Shown here: positions 6,858 through 12,018 of the stretch, one piece after another
Layout: every line of letters begins with the position of its first letter
Position numbering within the stretch: the stretch's first letter is position 1
Virus record (IMG/VR): IMGVR_UViG_3300035670_002505
Coordinates: 1-12,085 of that record
Strand: one strand, 5' to 3'
Source of the DNA: a virus
DNA: 12,085 nucleotides
Program-made: the position numbers and the translations under genes
The notes under the pieces: generated by a model
What the model was told of the DNA's origin: nothing
The model's database searches: none
The model's input: only the letters and a program-made list of their open reading frames with translations

Positions 6858-7751
6858 ATGGTATATCAAACAACAGAAAACACTAATATTAGAAAGGAAA
6901 TAATAGACGGAACACTAAGACAAATAATACCTAAGAAATTCGTTTTTAGGCAAGCTTTAAGCGTTGTTTCAACTGGAGCTTGGAAAAATACCTTCTGGAG
7001 AGAAAACACAGCTACTTTAACTGGAGTTACTACAACTGGAATAACAAGAAATTCTTTTAAAGAAATTGGTAGAGGAGCAGAGTTTCCTAACGCTTCGGCT
7101 TCTTGGGAAGAAGTAAGCACAAGGATCTTAAAATTCGGAGCTCAAGATGTTTTGCAGTGGGAAGATGTTTTATCTGATAACGTTAATATTGAAGCTAGAA
7201 CTATCGAAAAAATAGCCGAGGGAGTAGCTTCTGCTGAAGATACTTATATCTGGAATACTCTTACTGAAAATAGAAGCCCGACAAATATTCAAAGCGTAGC
7301 TATTACAGCTACTCAACACTGGACTGGAGCTTCTGCTGCTATCTTCGATAACATTATGCAAGGAAAAGAAAAGCTTAAAGATTTCAATTACGATACTTCA
7401 AACGTTATAGTTTTTATTTCTCAAAGAGACGAGAGAGCGATAACAAAATGGGTAACTGATAAAGGAGCTCAATTTAACAGCATATCACAAGGAACAGCCT
7501 TAAACGGCCAAGTGCCTGGACTAGCTGGAGTTAGATTTGTAGTTTCTCCTAACGTTACAGCTTCTTACGCTTTAATGGTTATCCCTCAAAGGTGCGCAAC
7601 TCTTAGAGAACTAGAAAGTTTAAAGACTGATGTTACTGATGATCCAGGAAATACAAGAAGAATAAGAGCTTGGGAACAAATTTTAGTAGAACTTAACGAG
7701 CCTAAGGCTATTGTCTTATTCTCTAATACTCAAGGGCCTGGAACAGAGTAG
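6858..7751 (+). CDS. Major capsid protein, HK97 fold.
   Basis: 297 aa. GRGAEFPNASASWEEVSTRILKFGAQDVLQWEDVLSDNVNIEARTIEKIAEGVASAEDTYIWN resembles the Phage_capsid core (EGa.kp.s..f..v...v.kia....is.e.l.D...). The C-terminal block is GLAGVRFVVSPN...ALMV. It sits behind its own strong promoter. Confidence 0.88.
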   Translation: MVYQTTENTNIRKEIIDGTLRQIIPKKFVFRQALSVVSTGAWKNTFWRENTATLTGVTTTGITRNSFKEIGRGAEFPNASASWEEVSTRILKFGAQDVLQWEDVLSDNVNIEARTIEKIAEGVASAEDTYIWNTLTENRSPTNIQSVAITATQHWTGASAAIFDNIMQGKEKLKDFNYDTSNVIVFISQRDERAITKWVTDKGAQFNSISQGTALNGQVPGLAGVRFVVSPNVTASYALMVIPQRCATLRELESLKTDVTDDPGNTRRIRAWEQILVELNEPKAIVLFSNTQGPGTE

Positions 7752-7764
7752 AAACATATTTATA
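7751..7764 (+). promoter_or_regulatory. Archaeal-type BRE/TATA promoter P4 (GAAACA-TATTTATA) for the tail-fibre operon.
   Basis: Overlaps the last base of the capsid gene stop codon. The TATA ends exactly 21 nt before ATGG at 7786. Confidence 0.65.
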
Positions 7765-7785
7765 GTTGTTATTTCTTAATTTATT

Positions 7786-9171
7786 ATGGGTGGCTGGAGC
7801 AACGATAATCGTGATACAATAGAATGGGATGGATCTATAAAAGTTAAAAATAAATTTATTGGTGACGGATCACAATTAACAAATTTACCCATAGACTTCG
7901 GAGCTGCTTATGAAATACCGACGACAAACACGACTTCTGACAATTTTATTTATTCTTCAAAATTTACACACGACGGAGACGGCGGTATAAGTATAGGCGG
8001 ATTAAGTTTAAACAACAGCGAAGCATTAAAAATATATAAATTACAAACAGCATTAAGCGGTAATAGTTATGGTATTAACGTAGCGCCAACAGCACAACCA
8101 GCAAGCAACAGCACGGGTATTTTTACGGGAGCTAGAACTTCTATAACTGCCGAGGGATCTTCAACTATTACAAGATTAACGGGCGGATATTTCCAAGTTT
8201 ATAATAATAATAGTGCTACAAGTGGGAACGGATTAGCACAAGCCTTTGGCGGGCATTTTATAATCACTAACGCCTCAACGGGCAAGATTAATTCTATGGT
8301 ATGCGGAAGATTTGGGGTAGAAAATTTATCCACGGGATTAGTTAATAATACTTATGGTTGTGGTATTTTTAGGCCGGTAGGAACGGCGGGCGGAACTTAT
8401 GTCAATATGTATGGCTTATACATGGAAGATCAAACTCCCACGGCGGGTAGTATGAGTAATACGCCTTATGCTATATATCAAGCGGGAACAACTAATAAAA
8501 ACTATTTTGGCGGGTTAATTGGTATTGGAACAACAAATCCAAGCGAAGTTTTAGATGTTATAGGAGATATAGAAGTAAGTGCGGATATACATAACCTCGC
8601 AGATAACGGGAAACATTACTTCGGAGCTTCTGACGACGCTTCTATTTATTACGACGGAACTGATTTAATTTTAAATGGAAAGGAAGTAGGAACGGGCGGA
8701 GTAAGGCCAATAAGTAGGTTAATCGTTCCTATGGGTGAGATATCCTATTTTGACACTACGGGAACTACTATAAGTATTGCTTCAACTTCGGACGGATCAA
8801 CAAATATGGTTGTTGTTAATCCAACAACAGCATTAAGCACAAGTTACGAGTTTGACAACGGCGGATCAAACAACGGACGTTTAAGATATACGGGAACTAC
8901 TACTAAAATGTTTCATATTGCTTGCACGATTAGCATAGCAAGCACGGCAGCTAACGATTTATTTGTTTTTGGGGTTGCTAAAAATGGTAGTGTTGTGGCG
9001 GCGAGTAAAGTTTTAATGAAAGTTATAGGCGCAGCAGATACGCAAAGCACGGCTTTACACCTTATGGTAGAGATGGCTACTAATGATTACTTAGAATTGT
9101 ATGTTGGAAACACAACGGATACTGATGATTTGGTAGTCAAGACTTTAAATTTATTTGCAATGGGTATGTAA
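7786..9171 (+). CDS. Tail fibre / receptor-binding protein with a C-terminal C1q/TNF-like jelly-roll domain.
   Basis: The N-terminal FIGDGSQLTNLP and the central GLIGIGTTNPSEVLDVIGDI and ASIYYDGTDLIL motifs are typical of phage tail fibres. The last ~130 aa (GRLRYTGTTTKMFHIACTISIAS...VAKNGSVVAAS...NDYLELYVGN...LNLFAMG) fits the C1q/TNF-like pattern. Confidence 0.8.
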   Translation: MGGWSNDNRDTIEWDGSIKVKNKFIGDGSQLTNLPIDFGAAYEIPTTNTTSDNFIYSSKFTHDGDGGISIGGLSLNNSEALKIYKLQTALSGNSYGINVAPTAQPASNSTGIFTGARTSITAEGSSTITRLTGGYFQVYNNNSATSGNGLAQAFGGHFIITNASTGKINSMVCGRFGVENLSTGLVNNTYGCGIFRPVGTAGGTYVNMYGLYMEDQTPTAGSMSNTPYAIYQAGTTNKNYFGGLIGIGTTNPSEVLDVIGDIEVSADIHNLADNGKHYFGASDDASIYYDGTDLILNGKEVGTGGVRPISRLIVPMGEISYFDTTGTTISIASTSDGSTNMVVVNPTTALSTSYEFDNGGSNNGRLRYTGTTTKMFHIACTISIASTAANDLFVFGVAKNGSVVAASKVLMKVIGAADTQSTALHLMVEMATNDYLELYVGNTTDTDDLVVKTLNLFAMGM

Positions 9172-9181
9172 GGGGGTTAAT

Positions 9182-9397
9182 ATGGTAGATATAACGATAA
9201 AAAACGTTCCAGAAGGCGCAGAACAAGCCGTTAAGAATATGGCTATGGTTGCTATTGATAGATTTTTACAGCAACCGCTTCAACCGCCTAAAGAACTTTT
9301 CGATAACTACAAAGCAACTTTAGATAATTGTCTAGAAGCTAACGGATTACCTAAAAAATTTGATGTAGTGATCGAGGAGAAGATAAATGTCGATTAG
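9182..9397 (+). CDS. Hypothetical protein, 71 aa. The N-terminus is weakly RHH/FitA-like.
   Basis: AGGGGGT lies 5 nt upstream of ATG 9182, preferred over the track start at 9155, which lies inside the fibre gene. VDITIKNVPEGAEQAVKNMA resembles a strand-helix opening, but the second helix is too short for a confident RHH call. Confidence 0.55.
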   Translation: MVDITIKNVPEGAEQAVKNMAMVAIDRFLQQPLQPPKELFDNYKATLDNCLEANGLPKKFDVVIEEKINVD

Positions 9398-9575
9398 ACT
9401 TTTGAGGCAGAGTAAGAGCGAACTAGAACAAACGATAGTTAAAACAGCCAAGTTTATGCGCCAACATTACGACTATCAAAGTTTATACGAACTCTTACGC
9501 GAGGAACATTTTAAAGCTCAAATGATCTATAAACAAAGAACTGGAGATTTTTACAGATGGGAGCGCTTGAAATAA
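9387..9575 (+). CDS. Hypothetical protein, 62 aa, helical and basic.
   Basis: GAGGAG lies 7 nt upstream. Overlaps the upstream gene by 11 nt. Confidence 0.55.
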   Translation: MSIRLLRQSKSELEQTIVKTAKFMRQHYDYQSLYELLREEHFKAQMIYKQRTGDFYRWERLK

Positions 9576-9611
9576 TCTGGTATGTTTTACTAATATCCGT
9601 CGCTGTTATTC

Positions 9612-9634
9612 TTTTATTTTTGTTATCTTTTTTT
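9612..9634 (+). terminator. Oligo-T terminator-like tract (T4, T5 and T7 runs) at the end of the tail-fibre operon.
   Basis: cttttatttttgttatcttttttt lies directly before promoter P5. Oligo-T tracts are the usual archaeal termination signal. A 29-aa hydrophobic ORF (9557..9646) is an alternative reading. Confidence 0.45.
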
Positions 9635-9651
9635 AGTTACATATAAAAACC

Positions 9652-9665
9652 GAAAGATTTAAATA
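9652..9665 (+). promoter_or_regulatory. Archaeal-type BRE/TATA promoter P5 (GAAAGA-TTTAAATA) for the small-ORF module.
   Basis: The TATA ends exactly 21 nt before ATGG at 9687. Confidence 0.7.
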
Positions 9666-9686
9666 CTTACTTACTTAGTGTTTATT

Positions 9687-9866
9687 ATGGAAACAGAATT
9701 TAAAACTCCTCAACTGGAGACAACAACGGAAAGCTTAAAGTTAATTAAGAATACTAAAGGCTACAACTGGGAAATAAAACTCTTATCTTTAGATATTGAG
9801 AAATTAACAGAATTAAATAATGAGATGATCGCGCGCTTCGGATCTGGGAGTTTAACAGATGAATGA
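9687..9866 (+). CDS. Hypothetical protein, 59 aa.
   Basis: ATG 9687 (METEFKTPQ...) is chosen over the GTG at 9678 because of the conserved promoter-to-ATG spacing. Confidence 0.6.
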   Translation: METEFKTPQLETTTESLKLIKNTKGYNWEIKLLSLDIEKLTELNNEMIARFGSGSLTDE

Positions 9867-9925
9867 GGACGATATGAATAGAGATCTAGGAGCCGAGATA
9901 GATGAGATTTATGAGAGGTTAAGAG

Positions 9926-10087
9926 ATGAAAACATTAAATATTAGTTACGAAGATAAGGCCTTCCAGAAAATCCAGAAGATTAAAGTTAGATACATGAAG
10001 TTTCATAAATTAAAAAAAATTGCCTGGGATAGAATAATTTATGTTGCTCTATCTAGGCTCGAGGAAGATGGAAAAAACGTTAAATAG
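9926..10087 (+). CDS. Small hypothetical protein, 53 aa, possibly RHH-like (not in the ORF track).
   Basis: MKTLNISYEDKAFQKIQKIKVRYMKFHKLKKIAWDRIIYVALSRLEEDGKNVK. GAGAGG lies 7 nt upstream. It has a strand-helix-helix-like pattern and fills the 9867..10067 gap. Confidence 0.4.
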   Translation: MKTLNISYEDKAFQKIQKIKVRYMKFHKLKKIAWDRIIYVALSRLEEDGKNVK

Positions 10088-10319
10088 TGTCCAGAAAGAA
10101 GTAGCGCAAGAAGCTATACAAACTAAGCACGGGTTAATAGAGATGTATCAAGCTGGCTTTTTAGATGGCTATAAATTCCACGCTAAGAGCCACGCTACTG
10201 ATAAGGGGATCTGGGGCAAGATAGCTAAAGACTCTAAGAGATATTTTGAGAAAAGATTTTTTAAGAAAATCAATAAGAGGTTAAACTATAAAACTGGAAG
10301 ATGGAAAGCAAAAAAGTAA
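10068..10319 (+). CDS. Hypothetical protein, 83 aa, basic C-terminus.
   Basis: Frame open from 10041. The ATG at 10068 (MEKTLNSVQ...) is preferred because it reduces the overlap with 9926..10087. Start is uncertain. Confidence 0.5.
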   Translation: MEKTLNSVQKEVAQEAIQTKHGLIEMYQAGFLDGYKFHAKSHATDKGIWGKIAKDSKRYFEKRFFKKINKRLNYKTGRWKAKK

Positions 10320-10495
10320 AACAACTTAAGCCTAAGAACTGCAAGACTGCGATTAAATGCATTCAGAAGGGAATAGACTTCAACTTACAAGTTTCTCCTA
10401 ATAGATTTATAATGTTCGTTGGTGGGATATTGTCTAAAATTGAAGATGGGCAACAATTCGTTTATATACGTGAAAGAGGGTGGGTTGGGATATGA
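10301..10495 (+). CDS. Hypothetical protein, 64 aa.
   Basis: ORF track. 19-nt overlap upstream and an ATGA junction downstream. Confidence 0.5.
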   Translation: MESKKVKQLKPKNCKTAIKCIQKGIDFNLQVSPNRFIMFVGGILSKIEDGQQFVYIRERGWVGI

Positions 10496-10674
10496 AAATA
10501 ATATTTACTTGTAAAAATGGGCATAGTTATGAAAGTAAAAATCCAATAACTACCGAAGGGGCATCTAGATTTGGTTGGAAGCAAAACGATACTTGCAAGG
10601 TTTGTGGAGAAGTTATCATTAAAGAAGATTGCTACGTAAACGGAAAAATAGTTATGGGGGCTATAAGAATATGA
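10492..10674 (+). CDS. Zinc-ribbon-like small protein, 60 aa.
   Basis: GGGTGGGTTGGG lies just upstream of ATG 10492. CKNGH...CKVCG gives a C-x3-H / C-x2-C metal-binding pair. ATGA junctions on both sides. Confidence 0.55.
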   Translation: MKIIFTCKNGHSYESKNPITTEGASRFGWKQNDTCKVCGEVIIKEDCYVNGKIVMGAIRI

Positions 10675-11063
10675 GTGAATTAATAATTGAGGAAGAAGAA
10701 AAAGCTAAAGACTTTCAAACTATAAATTTCAAAGGTAAAGAGTTTAGAATTTATAAATGGGAAAATAAACCTATTAAAGATTTTGTTTATCCAAAAGGAT
10801 TTAGAATGGCTGAATTTCAAGAGTTAGTAGATTTGATAGATAATAAGAAATTTGAAGCAGAAGTTTGGAAATCGTATTATACTAAACATTGGAGTAAATT
10901 ACAACAAAATAAAGAATATTGTTTGTCTAGGGCTTATCTCAACTATGCCGGCGGTTGGGATTCCTATTACGAGCTTTTGGCGGATTCCAATGGCTATGGT
11001 CGGGTAGTAGTCGTGAGGGATTTAAAATCTAAATTTAAACGGGGGGTAAAAAATGATAACTGA
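10671..11063 (+). CDS. Hypothetical protein, 130 aa. Weak DUF1566/FISUMP-like pattern.
   Basis: TGGGGG lies ~10 nt upstream of ATG 10671. KGFRMAEFQELVDL and the C-terminal GRVVVVRD loosely resemble the GWRLPT..EL..L ... vRcVR signature. Weak. Confidence 0.55.
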   Translation: MSELIIEEEEKAKDFQTINFKGKEFRIYKWENKPIKDFVYPKGFRMAEFQELVDLIDNKKFEAEVWKSYYTKHWSKLQQNKEYCLSRAYLNYAGGWDSYYELLADSNGYGRVVVVRDLKSKFKRGVKNDN

Positions 11064-11349
11064 TTTTAGTGGCGATTTTCTTAACTATGATAGCACGAAC
11101 GACGGCGATATAGTTACTATTCTCGACGAAGGTAAGACTGAATATAACGAAACCTTAAAGAAAGAGATGTTTAACTTAAGCGTCGATCTTAACGGCAAGA
11201 AGAAGATCTATTCGCCTAACAATACAGCGGGTAGAGCATTACAAGAAGCCTTTGGGAAAGATAGTAAGAACTGGATTAACAAACAATTCACTATATTCCA
11301 CGTAGATAAGAAAATGGTTATTAAACCAATTAAAAATGATAAAATATAA
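11053..11349 (+). CDS. Hypothetical protein, 98 aa. A nucleic-acid-binding OB-like fold is speculative.
   Basis: GGGGGGT lies 6 nt upstream of the ATG. ORF track. No family recognised with confidence. Confidence 0.6.
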   Translation: MITDFSGDFLNYDSTNDGDIVTILDEGKTEYNETLKKEMFNLSVDLNGKKKIYSPNNTAGRALQEAFGKDSKNWINKQFTIFHVDKKMVIKPIKNDKI

Positions 11350-11455
11350 AGACTTATCTGGATGGCTTAAGCTAGCTATCGTAACTGGCTGGATATTAGC
11401 CTTTTATTGTATGATAGCTTTTAGTCTAGGCTTTATCTGGGCATTGTTTGCTTAA
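11336..11455 (+). CDS. Small hydrophobic membrane protein, 39 aa (not in the ORF track).
   Basis: MIKYKDLSGWLKLAIVTGWILAFYCMIAFSLGFIWALFA. Overlaps the previous gene by 14 nt. It is the last ORF before the terminators. Confidence 0.4.
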   Translation: MIKYKDLSGWLKLAIVTGWILAFYCMIAFSLGFIWALFA

Positions 11456-11477
11456 ATAGATAGATTTATTTACTTTG

Positions 11478-11485
11478 TTTTTTTT
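11478..11485 (+). terminator. T8 run, an archaeal-type oligo-T terminator after the last gene.
   Basis: tttgttttttttatg lies 23 nt after the final stop codon. Confidence 0.5.
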
Positions 11486-11509
11486 ATGAGGCTAATCACC
11501 TCTTTTTAT

Positions 11510-11552
11510 CCCACTCCGCTGGAGGAGTGGGGCTTACTCTTTCTTAATTTTT
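11510..11552 (+). terminator. Hairpin (8-bp stem CCCACTCC / GGAGTGGG, 6-nt loop) followed by T-rich sequence ending in T5.
   Basis: Stem arms 11510..11517 and 11524..11531 are exact complements. Downstream is gcttactctttcttaattttt. Confidence 0.5.
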
Positions 11553-11592
11553 CGTGTGTTTCCTCGATGTATTGAGGATTGATGTGTCTTTC

Positions 11593-11618
11593 CGCGCTCG
11601 CCCTTCTGGGCTCGCGCG
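11593..11618. repeat. GC-rich hairpin element CGCGC-TC-GCCC-TTCT-GGGC-TC-GCGCG, an inverted copy of the element at 68..90 / 12026..12048.
   Basis: The reverse complement of its core is GCGAG-CCCAGAAGGG-CGAGC. The other copy reads GCGAG-GG-CCCAGAAGGG-CC-CGAGC. Confidence 0.7.
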
Positions 11619-11725
11619 TTAGTTTTATATACTTCATTTACTTATAAAAGGCGTAGCCTTTTACAGCGTCGCACTCATTCTCAAACGTAACGGGCGGATC
11701 ACACACGGGGCGAAGGCGCGGACTG

Positions 11726-11749
11726 AGTTATTCGGATAACCGAATAACT
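11726..11749. promoter_or_regulatory. Inverted repeat AGTTATTCGG-ATAA-CCGAATAACT with core TTATTCG-N6-CGAATAA. Second copy of the candidate operator.
   Basis: The 10-nt arms are exact complements. Half-sites and spacing are identical to the palindrome at 6388..6407. Confidence 0.6.
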
Positions 11750-11762
11750 TTTCCACTGGAAA

Positions 11763-11791
11763 CGTAGGTTAGCATACCTTTATTTCCTATG
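11763..11791 (+). repeat. Iteron R1: CGTAGGTTAGCATACCTTTATTTCCTATG.
   Basis: 24 of 29 positions match R2 at 11849..11877 (86-nt periodicity). Contains AGGT...ACCT dyad symmetry. Confidence 0.7.
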
Positions 11792-11848
11792 CGTATAAAC
11801 GTGTCGAAACCCTCAAATTTGGGCGTTATAGCCAGTCTGGACAAGAAG

Positions 11849-11877
11849 CGTAGGTTAGACAACCTTCATTTCCTATG
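11849..11877 (+). repeat. Iteron R2: CGTAGGTTAGACAACCTTCATTTCCTATG.
   Basis: Direct imperfect repeat of R1. Both are preceded by CTGGA. Confidence 0.7.
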
Positions 11878-11893
11878 GAGCGCTTCGTTTGCA

Positions 11894-11907
11894 CGTAGGT
11901 AACCTTA
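11894..11907 (+). repeat. Partial iteron R3: CGTAGGTAACCTTA, inside the imperfect 21-bp palindrome GCACGTAGGTAACCTTAGTGC.
   Basis: Shares the CGTAGGT core and the AGGT/ACCT dyad with R1 and R2. Confidence 0.55.
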
Positions 11908-11946
11908 GTGCAAAGCCATAGATCGTTTCTCTTAGCCTTTACTCAC

Positions 11947-12018
11947 TACGCACGCACACGCACACGCACGCACGCACGCACGCACGCACACGCACGCACG
12001 CACACGCACGCACGCACG
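11947..12018. repeat. Imperfect (CGCA)n/(CA)n microsatellite, an uninterrupted alternating pyrimidine-purine tract of ~72 nt. A truncated copy lies at 1..60.
   Basis: Read directly: tacgcacgcacacgcacacgcacgcacg...cacg. Every position alternates Y-R from 11947 to 12018. The tract is non-coding. Confidence 0.9.

Noticed and set aside
7786-9171. Diversity-generating retroelement or other targeted hypervariation of the fibre tip.
   Set aside because: There is no reverse transcriptase anywhere in the 12-kb unit. I found no template-repeat copy of the fibre 3' region elsewhere in the window.
9155-9181. Longer N-terminal extensions offered by the ORF track: 9155 for 9182, 645 for 717, 9678 for 9687, 10041 for 10068, 10480 for 10492, and 10629 for 10671.
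   Set aside because: The downstream ATGs are preceded by G-rich SD motifs at proper spacing, or sit at the conserved 21-nt distance from a TATA box. They also give ATGA/TAATG junctions with the upstream stop. The extensions would create long overlaps inside neighbouring genes. 645/717 and 10041/10068 remain uncertain.
9859-9945. A 28-aa ORF (MNEDDMNRDLGAEIDEIYERLRDENIKY) in the gap after 9687..9866.
   Set aside because: It is too short and lacks a visible SD. It overlaps the better-supported 9926..10087 ORF by 20 nt. It cannot be supported from sequence alone, although the genome's tight packing makes it possible.
11491-11502. TAATCACCTCT, which resembles the 3' end of 16S rRNA (the anti-Shine-Dalgarno sequence).
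   Set aside because: It is a short match in a terminator region with no surrounding rRNA-like sequence, so most likely coincidence.
11763-11877. The two ~29-nt direct repeats as a mini CRISPR array.
   Set aside because: There are only two full copies, with 5 mismatches, a 57-nt spacer, no further repeats, and no cas genes or leader. An iteron or binding-site interpretation fits better.
11821-11880. tRNA-like start GGGCGTTATAGCCAGTCTGGAC (an AGTCTGG D-loop-like motif), considered as a viral tRNA or a tRNA-derived attachment site.
   Set aside because: The D-stem cannot pair (AGCC versus CAAG). There is no complementary acceptor 3' strand, no T-loop GTTCRAATC, and no 5-bp/7-nt anticodon arm. 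No integrase is encoded either. It may still be worth a BLAST against host tRNA genes.
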